Numbered from the stretch's first letter, positions 26,401 to 39,637 are shown. The stretch: DNA of 64,000 nucleotides from Auanema rhodensis (GCA_964057225.1 OZ059898.1:5890001-5954000), one strand, 5' to 3'. Translations and numbers: made by a program. The notes: a model not told the origin generated them from the letters alone.

Positions 26401-29400
26401 GAAACTTTAAATGGGAAAGTTCTGCAGATGTAACATCTGGCCATACATCATAAAAATGAAGTTTAAAAAGATTATATTCTAATCTTGGTGATTCTTTTTA
26501 TGGTTTTTTATGCATGCTTCACTATCAATGAGACCATGAGATTTATGCAACCCTGAGAAAGACTTATATCTTACAGTATTAGCGAAACAATGGCCTTTAA
26601 AAGAATATCTGAGCAAATTGTTTTATTGGCAATAAGTAGTGGTATAGAGGTTTACTAACCTTAATAGCTAGCAAATTGGTCTATTAAAAACATCTTTTTG
26701 ATGTTAAACAAGCCGATCTCATGAGGTTAAATAAGCTGTTCGAAATATTCGAAAGAATGATCTGAACTGAATAAAAAAATAAAAAGAAAGATAGAGAGAG
26801 GAGGATCGGTGAGATATATATGAATATATGTATGAAGAGGTAGACGAATCACGTGAAACAGGCTCTTAGTGGAGAGAGTAGTGCACAAAATTGAGAAAGT
26901 GTTTCTAATATTAGTGTAACTGCATAAATATGCCAAAAATAATTTATTATAAAATCTATATGTTAATAAATAATCAAACAGCTATATTTGAGGTTGAAAA
27001 TCATTTTTAAATTATAAACTGAATATTTAATTTCTTAATAATATTAGTAATAATTTAAAATTCAAAAACTGATGACACAAAAGACAAAGAGAAATTTCAC
27101 TTGAACAGCATCTCTGTTATCAGCCATAAATGGCAGAAAATCGAGATACTATTCCACGATCATCGGCATCGTCCTCACGATCATCGTTTCTATGATGATG
27201 ATGAAGCACATTAGAACTCGTTTTACTTTGGTTCATCATACACCGATGATTCAATCGTATGTGAATAGACCCTCAGGGGGAATGAATACTAGTTATCAAA
27301 TTATTGAACTGTGTTATGCTGCGCAAACAAAATGGCGTTTTGAAGATTAAAAACTTTGTGCGATTGAAGTTAATAATTCTAACGAATTGGAGAATATATT
27401 TTACAAATAATTTATGCTTGGGTCATATTATATGAAAATTAGCTGAGTTGCAAGTAGAGGCCAAATCATTGATGCACGATATTTCTTAAATAAGACAGGA
27501 ATGCTATTAAGAAAGCTGAAGGATAATCATATGCAGGCATAAATTTATCGCTATTTGTGAGATTGACGGGAGCCTTCAACGAATCAAAGAGGACTTTAGT
27601 GATACGAAATAGATTGACGGAATAATAGAGAGTAATGGAAAGACAATAGACAACGGCAAACCGGAAGTTATGTTGTGGTGTCGCCTTCTGGATTCTGTGA
27701 GCGACGCCAACGGACAGCCACCAGGCCAGGCCGTTATCGTCCTCGTTGTCGACGACGACAACGGAGCTACACAACCGGAACAAGAGGGGCAGACATAAGA
27801 AAGAATGTGTCCTGAGGGCAAATAATTGTTTTTGTTCGTCCAGAATGTGTGTGATGTAGAAGACAGTTGAGCAGCTTGAGATCAATACAATCGGAACAAT
27901 GTGGTGTTTTTTTGGTCGTTTCTTATGTAAAACGAAACTCCATCTGATTCAAACAGTCGTCCTACGCAACGTTTTAATGCTGCACACGTCCATAGCTCTC
28001 TATAACTCGACATATTCCAGTCATATAAAACTGGATCAACTTCACGTCTATTCAACAGAAAAACTAATAATATATGAAACTCAACCGTAATCAACGGAAT
28101 AATTAGCAATTGTGTTAGGGGGCAATTAACTTGAAACATCTTATGGTTACCGTGCGATCTATGTAGTGTTGAATACTCTATTCATCCAAAATACTTATTC
28201 TCATGTTTGACCAAATATGATACTATGAAGAATAGACGGAAAAAAGGTAAAAACATACAATAGAATCTTAAGACAGTGATTGATTTGTTTGATATATGAA
28301 AGACAGGAGCAAAATGGTTCTAACTCTATTCAGATGCATTTCAATATAAACTGGTAATGTTTATGAAGTCTGAACTTTGACTTATTAACCAGTTCTAAAT
28401 GATGAAAACCATAATCGGTTCGAAAAATGCAGTTTAAAGGATCAGAAAAATTGTTTCTATAGAAATGCAACGTTTCCCGTGAAACCATCTTTTTTTTCAA
28501 AAAAAATATAATAGATTATTCTATGTATTAGTTGAAAATGATCAGGAATTATTTTTCCATTTCCGATATACTTTAAAATCAAAATACGAGTATAATCACA
28601 ATTTCCTTATTAGTTTCCATGATTTTTTAAATTTTCAATTTTGTTTTCAGCTCTGGGCTTTTCGTTGATCAATTCTCAGCACTTGGACACTCTTTTTGAA
28701 AATGATCGCCATTTTTCACACTTGGCCGATTTCGAACGAGAAATGGCATTTCGGACTGAAATGGTAACATATTTCTTATAGATAAAACATTATATTATAT
28801 TCATATATCAATATAGGGCTTATATTTCTCTTATTACAAAACCATTGTAAAAGCAGCATCGTTTGGTGAAGGTTTATATGCTATTACTCATGATAATGTG
28901 ACTGAATATGGTCATACTATAAACACATTGAAAAGATTTAACTTATATCCCGAGGTATATATCATATAGCTAAAAACGTTAGTTATGTATTTCTATGAAG
29001 GTCGTTCTCTCGTTTTTGTACCGCCAATTCAAGTACTTAGCTAAAACTTATGAATGGAAGGTCGAGAACTGTTGGCAAGTAAATCGAGGAGTTGATCTTC
29101 CTCCAGTTGAAGGATGTGAAGGTTGACAAGCATTACATTGAAGAAAAAACTTTTTTTTTGATTTTTAGGAATTGGAAATCTTCATTATTTTTATATTGAA
29201 AACGTTTTTGCTCTCGCTGGAACTGTTGCTGGTTGGCTATTCTTATTAGGAGTTCTTTTAAGGTTCTATTTCCTGTTAATTTAATTTAATTATGTTTTTT
29301 AGTGATTCCATTTTTGGAGGATTAATCACTGTTGCTAGCTTCTTCTTCAATCATGGAGAAGCCACACGTGTTCAATGGACTCCACCACTTCGGGAGTCTT

Positions 29401-31448
29401 TCGGATTTCCGTTGATTATTGCCCAAGTTACAATGGTCACTTATATTTTGAAGTGTGTAATACTGACAGCAAAAAATCTAATAACTATTTCATATCAATT
29501 AATTAATTATAATATTTTAGATCAAGACAAGTTGGTGTAATTTGGCCAATTTTAATGAGCATTTGTACTGTGGGATCTATGTTATTTTGGCAATTTTCTC
29601 AATTTGCTTTCTTTACTCAAATCGGATCATTGTTCATTGTATATGTTTTCGACTTCATTCAACTGGACACCATGAAGACCATCTTGAAGAGTCATTTGGT
29701 ATCTTTTTCTAAATAACTATTTACATATTTTATTATTTAGGTATCATTCATCTGCTCTTTTATTCTATTATTTGGTAATGAAATGCTTTTAACTGCATTC
29801 TATTTCCCAAGTATTTTATCTTTAATGGTATGTTGTAAAGGAAAAAAAATTACAGAACATATTCTTATATTCTAGTTGATTGTGATACTTGAGCCTTTAC
29901 TCAATCGTTTAACATTCCGGCCTTTATATGTTTTACTATCTACATGTATTTTCATAGGGACTGCAATAGGATTAAAATTAGTAATTGCTTCAACTTTACA
30001 AGTTGAAGATGATGTAAAGTTTATTTTAAAATTTTCTTAATTTTATAAATATGTTTTCAGGCTCATATTATTGATATTCTTCGTTCAAAATTCAGTGATT
30101 ACAGTAATTTCCATACCAGACTTTACACCTGCTCAGCTGAATTTGATTTCATAAAAACTGAGGTATAACAAAATTAAATTAATAAAACAATTAATTATTG
30201 CAATTATTATTTAGACACTTCAAAAACTTTTCATGTCTGTGCTACTTCCATCTGCTGCAATTGGAAGTTTAATCTTTGTTCTATACTTCCTGGTCACCGA
30301 ATATAAATCACTCCTTTGGCGTGATGTAAATAGTAAGGGAAAACAATATTCTGAGGTTTACTTTTCAAGTTGTTATCAAGATTCAAAATTAAAATTTCAG
30401 ATATTTTATAATTTAGTTCAATTAGCTTGTTACACAGTAATGGCCGTTCTCATTATGCGCCTTAAGTTGTTCTTTACACCTCATCTCTGTATATTGACTG
30501 CAGTACTTGCCAATCATAAGGTTAATATATATTATACATTCTTTTTTCTTCAACTTTAGCTTTTTCAGATGATTCAAAATTTTATTTCAATGCGCATAAA
30601 TAGATTGTATTCAACTGCTTTTATTATACTTTTGATTTCGTCAATGGCTTTTGAAGGTAGTCTTATATAAATAGCAATTTATACAATAAAACATGTACAC
30701 CTTTTTCCAATTCAGGTCGAAAAAATTTGGAAAAACAACTAGCTATTCGTGGAGAATTTAGTAATCCTGACCAGGAGCTACTTTTCAATTGGATTATAGA
30801 GAATACTAAGCCAGGTGAATTTTTAAATCTCAAATTTTACTCACGAGTATGTGTTTACTTATGATTCAATGGTATATATAATATTATATTATATTATATT
30901 CAAAAACAAAAATACATTTAATCATATGACTGAATTATATGATTTTCAGATGCTGTTTTCGCTGGAACTATGCCCGTCATGGCAAATGTAAAACTTTCAA
31001 CTGAACGTCCAATTGTTAATCATCCTCATTACGAAGATGTTGGCATTAGGTAGAATCTGAATTCACCAAGAAAAAAATATGGAACTATGTTATTTATAGA
31101 AATCGAACAATCAATGTTTACTCCGTGTTTAGTAAAAAACCACTCACAGAAGTACATAAGACATTAAAAGATATGGGAGTTAATTATTTCATTTTCCAAC
31201 TTTTCAATTGTGCTCCAGATGCAAATAGGTGAAATATTGACTAAAATTATAAATATTTTAATTTATATTACTTCAGGCCATATTGTGCTTATAGAGGAAT
31301 GTGGGATGAACATGATCCAAAGAATATAGGAAGAACTTCAAATTGTGATTTATATCATCAAGCAGTTCATACACATAATGATAACCTTATCAAACCGTTT
31401 TCAATTGCCTACACTCATCGTGGTAATTACATAGTATTGAAAGTTTGA
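20417..31448 (+). CDS. dpy-19: DPY-19 tryptophan C-mannosyltransferase (multi-pass ER protein)
   Basis: Exon 1 (20417-20528, [13 protein letters not shown]...WWIGSVILI) splices in phase 1 across intron 20529-28650 to [24 protein letters not shown] / GLYFSYYKT. Later exons give [64 protein letters not shown] and [25 protein letters not shown], all DPY19 hallmarks. Stop at 31446-31448. Confidence 0.95.
21115..22662 (-). CDS. Uncharacterised secreted protein: signal peptide, Ser/Thr-rich region and two related helical units; nested antisense in dpy-19 intron 1
   Basis: Eight GT-AG exons splice in frame from ATG 22662 ([15 protein letters not shown]) to TGA 21115-21117 (...[18 protein letters not shown]). 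A TTTTCAG acceptor lies about 50 nt upstream of the ATG. Confidence 0.85.
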
Positions 31449-31738
31449 TTTATGAATTAGGTATTTAAATAATAGCACCTCAATCTTTTGAATAACTCAG
31501 CTCAGCTTCATAATTATGAATTCTAGTAGCAATTTATTAGTGTTCATGAAATTTCTATACAAACTCAGTATAATCGCTAATTAATTTATTTTTAATATTT
31601 CGTTCTGTATATCCTGTTTTATCTCTTCATTTCTAGCTTTTTCAGAAAAATTGGGTATAGATTCTGGTTACTGCATAATGTATAGCATAAAATAATTTGT
31701 TTCTCATTCTGAACATTTTTTTGAATAAATAAAATCTT

Positions 31739-34700
31739 TTATGAAATACTTTTCAATTTTTCCTCAAACTCTTTACATTTCTCTACTAAAACATTGGTTG
31801 TTGCTGCTGCAATTTGTCGATCTTGTCCAGACAAATCAGTATTTTCGGCTTGGCTCACAGTCCACTCTAACCATGATTGTAATCTTTCTCCAAAAATGTC
31901 AATAAAGACCTGATAAAAGAAAAATGAACTAATTAAATTAACAGATACAAAACATTTAAAGGAACCGCAGTAGCAATTGAATAATAGCAAAACATCACTG
32001 ATCCTCTAATGAATGACTCATCATGATATCGTAACGGACTTATAATTTGCTCGAGTGAACTGTAATTAGTTAAATTAAATTCTTGAAACATATCAATTCG
32101 TTAAACCATGATATCTTAACTATACTAGGAGAACTAGAAGCTAGTTGAACTATTTCACCAGCAGTGTACAACACACGAGATAAAAAAGGTGCATCTTTGC
32201 CCTAAATTATCTGACATATCTACTTTCAACTGAGTATGCAAACTTTTAATTGCAAATGCTCCTCTCCCGTTCCTCTAACAAGAGGATAGAAGAAGGAAGA
32301 AACAACCGGAGCGAATTTACTCGATTTCGTTGGAGCAGCCTGCTTTTTCTTGCCGAAATATCTTGTTTTTGATTTGATTCTCTCATCTACTACAACCTTC
32401 CAATCTACTTTTTGCTAGAACAGAACTTAAAATTAATGAGCACAAGTTTTTAAGAACTTGAGAATATAAAACAGGGTCAACATTTTTCATCTCACTGTCC
32501 ATATTCGATAACTCTTTACACGCACATAAAATCGAATCCAGTATGAGATACCTAAAAGAGAAAATTAAAAAAAACAGCATATAATTCAAACCTATGATAA
32601 AAAGCACAACTTTTTGAATACATGAGATCGCACGTAGCAGGAGCTAACTCTGGCATTACTACCAAACAGGAAACCAAACAAGATTGGCGTGTTTTCTGAA
32701 ATAGATCATATATAATTCATTTATGAAAAGACCTCTTACTTCAAAATCTTTTGTAGTGAATCGATCAATCATGAAGATAAGCTTGCCAGCAAGAGTAGGA
32801 GCTACATCACGAAAACCTACAGCGTTTTTACGTATAAGATCATTCAATGAATAAAAGGCCGCTTCGAAAACCTAAATGACCAAAATTGAGAAGATAAAAT
32901 AATCAGTATCACCTCATATTTCTCTTTTTCGTCTAATTGATCAATACAATCTCTGATATATCGTGGAGCAATCGCTTTTTTCTCCGGCTCATCTCCACAT
33001 TTCAACTATAACACATAACTATTTTGTAGGCTTGAAGTTTTTATCGACCTTTTCAAAATCTTTTTCGGCTTCCGGAATACTGTAACCCGAGAAATCTTCT
33101 TCTTCGTCATCACTATCTAACAAAACTGGTGAGACTGTTTTTTCATTACTAATAATATCAGGAACCATAATGGAAGTCTCTATGTTTTCTTTAAGATATT
33201 CACCATTGATTATTCTAAAATAAAGCGGAAATTTAAGAAAAGAAAAACTGATACCTTTTCATTTCATTTAGCCACTTATCTTCTTCAAAATCAAATTTCA
33301 AAGGTTCATCAGTACATTTAAGAAAAGAACAACAGTACTCTCCAACGAACATTCCAGATTGTCGAATGCACATATCTAAGTTATTATTGTTCGTGAAATG
33401 CTGTTGAAGCCATACCTGGTGAAGACAGTCGTTCTTGAACCCCTTGAATTATGACAGGAAACAACTTATTACTTAACTCAGATTCAATCTTTTCTTCACT
33501 AAAATGAAGCGATATTAAGATTCTAGATAAGAAGAAACCTTAGTAGTTTACTAAACTCAAGTACCGATCGAGTTAAGTATTTCTGCTGTTCTAACGGTAA
33601 ACTGCGGATAGTTGAAACATCTGACCATGTTGTTAATATTGCCTGAAGATTCGTAATTATATATATGCGTATTTATTCTACCATGTATGTTTGAAGGAAC
33701 ATATCGTCTCCTCCGTTTTGCAATATATATGAAGCTAATATCAATGGAACGTTATCCGGACAAACTCTTTGTAACAGCATTCGAGTACAACATACTCGCT
33801 GCAAAGATTTCATTCGTTTTATACTGTATCCAAAGCAGCACTAAAACGTGATTTTAAGATGTATGAAACACAAAATTCGTCTACCATTAAAGTCTCTTTC
33901 GTATCCGCAGCAAGAATAATTGAAGAAACAAAAGATTCAAATTCTCTAATGCCATTAGTGTCATCAGTCATTATTCTTTCAACAATTCTTCGTCCTATAG
34001 GATCGGAACCATAGTTAGTACATATCCAGTTCAGAAAGTAGGATAAAAAGTTGTTTCCCTGCTAACATATTAAGTTATCGTATCTACTATTATCATACCA
34101 TGTAAGAGAGATTCCTGCTTCTAGAAACGAGAGCTGAGACGATTCTCATATTAACATCACGACTGGACCCTACTTCATCTCGTGCAAATTTAATGCTTGA
34201 ACATAAAGCTGACATAATATGGCTCTAGAAAATAACCAGATCATACTCCAACATTGAAACTCAGCTAACCTCTAGATCTTTTATCCATAATTGAAATTTG
34301 TCTAGTGGTACTTGAAGTTTTACACCACAGTTTGATACTCGGTCGCGTAAACAAATTAAAGCATGCACTAAATCAGAATATGTTTGAGCCGCAATTTCTA
34401 AATAGAATGTAAGCACAACAAAAGCTCTAAACATTGTACCATCGTTTAAGGGTAACTTTACTGAAGCCTTGAAAATGTGCTCAAGCTGGTCGCCTAGGAA
34501 TGTTATTAAAATCGCGATAAGGTCAGAAGTAATCTGCTCAGAGTTAAGAGTAATTGAAAGTGCTATTATAGCATGGACAGGAGATCCTTTAGTAAAAATT
34601 CTAGTTAAAACACTAGTTGCCTAAACAGTTCATTTAGAAAGAAGAATTGTAGTTGGAAACCTCTCGCGAAGTCAATAAACGAAACAATTTTTTCGTATTC

Positions 34701-34880
34701 TGAAGAATTGCTTGAAACAAGAACCTTGAACAAGCAGGAGACTCATCGATTTCCTATAGAAATATTTTAGTTATAGTTAAATATTTTTTTTAGGATACGT
34801 ACTTTTAAGCAATCTATTAGAACAACATTAAGAGTCTGGCGCTCCTGTGCTTCATTTAAACGCCGAGCGATATCGCACAT
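31739..34880 (-). CDS. clk-2: CLK-2/TELO2 (Tel2), TTT-complex PIKK co-chaperone
   Basis: Starts MCDIARRLNEAQERQ at 34880. It contains the CK2 phosphomotif LDSDDEEEDF, then PRYIRDCIDQL, FEAAFYSLNDLIRKNAVGFRDVAPTLAGKL and DWKVVVDERIKSKTRYF, all characteristic of Tel2. Many short introns; stop at 31739. Confidence 0.9.
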
Positions 34881-35349
34881 TTCTTATTTTCCATTAACTA
34901 ATAATGAAATATTCTACTATTTAGATCTTGAAAAGAATGTAACAATGAGAGAATATAACATCGGAATCAAGTTCGTATTATATGGGAAATGCAACCGTTC
35001 TGTTCGACAGTTTAAAATAAAATGAAAACAATTGAAGTAGTTTTTACCCGCTTTTCTTCTTATTTAATAAATTCTTACATCTAGGTATGGCTAACTCGCA
35101 TGTTCAGTTTTGTTTCAAATGAGAAGTAATAACTATTTAATTAACAAATTTCCAAAAAATATTAAATTTTCAAAAGTGTACGTAATAAAGTTCCCTTTTC
35201 AAAGTTCGCTTTACCAACCTCAAGATGTGAGTTAGTAGTAGTGCCAACGTCTTATGCTAATTCAAAAATATATTTTCGGCTTTAGAACGAAAAGACTCGT
35301 AGTAAAGAATAAGCACATTTTGAACGTTTTTTAACTTTGTTTTAATGAT

Positions 35350-37425
35350 ATGACGACAGCAGCTGCATTTTGGGATGTTGCTGAACCATTTGCGCTCTGT
35401 GAAGATCAAGGCTTATTTTTATGCCCGTTGGCTAAAATTATAATTCATGTTCGACTTCCCAAGGTAATTATTTGTTTTTTGCCATATCATTTAGTATATA
35501 ATGTGCTTTGTCTCATATTCCATATTATTTCGAGAGATAATGTTTCTGGTGAAATAACTAATAACACGTTCAAACAAAACTAATTATTTTGCCAGAAACT
35601 CTCACATTGAAAGAGGCAAGTTAATGAGTTTAAATTTACTAAGAATGAAAAGGCACGCTCTGGGCTCTGAACAAAATTTCAATCACTGTTTGCACATGGG
35701 TTCATTCAGATATTGGTGCCGGGGCAAACGATCTCCAATTGGGATCTAATGGAAAGGCTAAAGAAGGCTGTGAATCCAATACAGGTATCCAATCCAACAT
35801 TATTTGATACAGATAACAACTTATTTAGTTATTTTCCGTTAATGTCACTGATAGCACTTTAGAAAGTGTTACATTTCATGCTGAGCTTATATCAAATCCA
35901 ATGATGAATCAAGTATGATAGGAAAAAACTTTATTTAGAAAATTTATTTTTGAGGCTTTGAAAATATTGAATAGTTTTCATATGAAAGTAAGTGGATTCT
36001 CTGAACCTTTTACTGTAGCTGCCGATGAAGCTGAGAGTCATTTTCCTAAGTTTATTGCATTTCTATTAGTTGAATTAATCATAAAAGTTCAGTCCCGTTG
36101 ATTGGGAGAAATACTTTTTAAACAGAGGCAACAAAGATGTCCCCGGATTGCGTGCAGACACAATATATTTGAGCAATATACCTATCAAATGGTTTTCTGT
36201 ATGTTGTATATATATTATGCTATAATTATTTAAAACTTCTGTAGGATGGTTCAGAATTACCTTCTCAGGAACTATTAGCAAAAGCTTTGTCTAGGTTTGG
36301 ATCTATACGTAATATTGACATACCAATATGTGAAGAAAATCGCATTCTATTTCCATCTAATATTTCTGGTATCAAATCCAAAAAATTTTCTTATGATCAA
36401 GTAAGTTTTTTTTATCAAAACTCTATTCAATCTAAGTATCACAGGATTTAATATTTGAATGTTATATTCAATACGAAAATTGTGAAGATTTTAAAAATGC
36501 AATGTTAGGATTGAAAAATATGAAATGGTTCAAGAAGATAGGTGACAAGGTGTATCAAACCAATGTCAAGGTTTATTTAACGATTAAAATATGAATATTC
36601 AACAAAATCTGTAATTAGGTTGAATTTGATCGCTCATTTCATTTGAGTTCGCAAAGTATAAAAGCCAGGTCTCAACAGCGAGAACGAATAATGAGAGAAC
36701 AAATGAAAAAAGAAGAAGAAGAACACAAAGAGAAGTTTGTCAGTAAATCTATTTCTATTATCCTTATAACTTAGAGAAGAAAAAAAACAAAGACTAATAA
36801 GGGAATTGGAAGAGAAAGAACGGAGATTGAAGAAGGAATTAGAAGAAAAAGAACAGTTACAAAAAGAGTTGGATCAAAAGATACAAGTATATAAAGATTT
36901 ATTTAATTTCTTTAATTTCATAATTTTCAGGAAGAACTCGAACGACAGAAGAAAGGAAATGAAAGGAAAGCATACAAGAATGAAGAAGAATATGTTCTAC
37001 TTCAGAAAGAACAATTTGATGAGGGTTCTCAACATCTTTCAACCCAGACGGGAAATACTAAAGTTTCTTTCTCTGTTGCTTTTTAGTTAATACGCTTTAT
37101 TCAGAAGCAAAAAAGTTCAACTGATGACGAATCGAACTTAGAAAAAAATATTGACAATGCAGATATGGGCAACGATTTAGATACAACAGAAAAAGAAGAA
37201 AAATTGAGGAAATTGTTACTTCTTCAACAAGAGCATAGAATGAGAGAGATGGTGAACGATATTTATATTTCAAAATAACTGAAAATTTTCTTTTAGTTAA
37301 AGAAAAAATTAGTGAATTCGAAGAATCACTCCAGAAATTGTTCTGATCCCTCGTCTGATAGCGATGATGATAGAAAACATAGAAAAAGAAGAAAAAAATC
37401 TTCAAAGCATAAAGATAGGAGATGA
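35350..37425 (+). CDS. AKAP17A: AKAP17A/SFRS17A (XE7)-like splicing regulator
   Basis: Spliced product reads QGLFLCPLAKIIIHVRLPK / ILVPGQTISNWDLMERLK, GLRADTIYLSNIPIKWF, FGSIRNIDIP, FECYIQY and VEFDRSFHLS, followed by an E/K/R coiled coil and an Arg/Lys/Ser-rich tail ending HKDRR-stop at 37423-37425. Confidence 0.88.
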
Positions 37426-37853
37426 TGTTTTGCTACATAAAAATGTATTTATTTCACTAACCTAGTATGCGAAGTTTAAATAAATATTCTTGTGTTTGGT
37501 ATGATTTTGTTTTAAGAATCGAGCGAGACATCACATATATTGACTATATATCAAAACATTTTAAATAAAACTAAGCCCCAGAACTTTTTTATAACAATAA
37601 TAACTGTCGGTCTTTTGATTGAAGTTTTTTTAGTTGGGCTCTGATGTAGCTCTTGATCTACAGTACTTAATTCGTGAAAATTTGCTACGTAGGGTTAATT
37701 GTAAGAAACGAAGTATTACGTACATAAGCTAAAATTTTTTAGCGTTGAAAAATTTATAAGTTTAATCAAGTGTTCTGTTACTAATTTTGTTAATAAACTA
37801 TTACATATCTTAAACTAATTTTTAAATTTAAAATATCTAAGATTAGCCTTTAG

Positions 37854-39637
37854 ATGTTGTCTCTGTTGGGTAGAGCGGGAACCAACGGGTGTGCCAGACC
37901 AGCAGTACTTGTTGTTCAGACTCAACAAGCTACATTTAGCTCAAGGTAATAAAAATTTTGATTAATTTTTAGGTTAATTTTTTAATTGAAGCGTTGCCCC
38001 AACAACTCCTCAACATGATATCCCTGCTTCTCGTGTAAGCTCGCAAACTGCAAACTTCCGTAAGGGCGCCGGAGGAAGGTTTGTGTGTTATTCATTCTTT
38101 CACTATTTTAATTACTCAGAGCTTCTTTCTCTGGAGATGTTGTTACTGTTTTTGGAGCAACTGGTTTTCTTGGATTGCCTGTGGTCAACAGATTAGCTAA
38201 AGTTGGCTCACAAGTTATCATCCCATACAGGTTCAATATTTAATTGTTGTGTTTGATATTGTTTTTCACTTTAAAGACAAGATCCTTATTATGTACGTGA
38301 ACTCAAAGTTCCTGGAGAATTGGGACAAGTTCTGTTTTTCCCATTCGAATTGAAAGACGAAGAATCAATCAGAAAGGTTTTGTTTTTCATTTGGTTTTGT
38401 GCTTTTGAACATAATATTACAGGTAGTCAAATATTCCAACGTTGTCATTAACCTTATTGGAACTCGTGTACCAACAAAGTAGTTATTTTTATTTTTTTCT
38501 AGAACTTATAACTGATTTAGGAACTATTCATACACAGAAACCCACGAGAATGGCGCTCGTCGCCTGGCAAAAATTTGCAAAGAGATGGGCGTTGAACGTT
38601 TCATCCATCTTTCTGCTTTAGGAGCTAATCCAAATCCATCTAAGGGACATTTCGTCAGTCACAGTGAATTCCTCAGATCAAAGGTATATTTAATTTTGCT
38701 ATTTGACTTTACCTAAATATGCAGGGTCTTGGAGAAATTGCTGTCAAGGAAGAGTTCCCCGAAGCAACCATTGTTCGTCCATCTGTTATGTATGGAGAAC
38801 TTGATGGATTTATTCAGGTTTAAAAAAATTATCATTTAATATATCATTTATTTAATTATTCAGTACTATGTTAGCAGATGGCGTAAGACACCATTCGATC
38901 ACGTTTATTTATACAAGAAGGGAGAACACACGTACAAAATGCCAATCTGGGTAGAACTCAAAAATAGTTCATTGTAACGGATTTTTTACAGATTGGGGAT
39001 GTTGCTGATGGCCTTAGCCGTATTGCTCGCGATCCTATGACAGCTGGTCATACTTACGAATTTGTTGGACCTCATTGTTACCAACTTAGCGAACTTATTG
39101 ACTTTATGTATAAAAAAGCTCACTGTCTTCCAGAGTTTGGATTCCAGTATGTGAATTATGAAAATAATTACTAATTGTGCAATTCAGCTATAAGAGACAC
39201 AATCTCCCAGATCCATACTTCATGGCTTTAACATTGGCTACTGAGTTATATGGTAAAGTCTTCAAGTGTAAGGTACCTCTCAATCGTGAATGGATGGAGT
39301 TCATTGTAAGCAAATAATACTTTTCCATAAAATAATGTCTATATATATTGAATTTTACAGGAAGTTCAAAATGATGTTTTAACTGGCCAACGTACTCTTG
39401 CTGATCTTGGAGTCCGTCGTTTAACAGAATTCGAATTTGCTGGCGCCCAACAAGCTTTCTATCGCTCATTCAACAAGTATTATGAAGAGCAATATGGAGA
39501 ACTTCCAGCACCACCTCTTCCTTTGAGGTAATGCTTTTTCACTTTATTTGGAAAATACAATATTGTTAAGATCCCCTCCCATCATTCAAAAGAAGAATGC
39601 AGCTGTTTTCAACGAAAAGGAAGCTGTATATGTCTAG
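37854..39637 (+). CDS. NDUFA9: NADH:ubiquinone oxidoreductase 39-kDa subunit (atypical SDR)
   Basis: Mitochondrial-presequence-like N-terminus, then [71 protein letters not shown] and YEFVGP. CTTTAG directly abuts the ATG; stop at 39635-39637. Confidence 0.95.
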
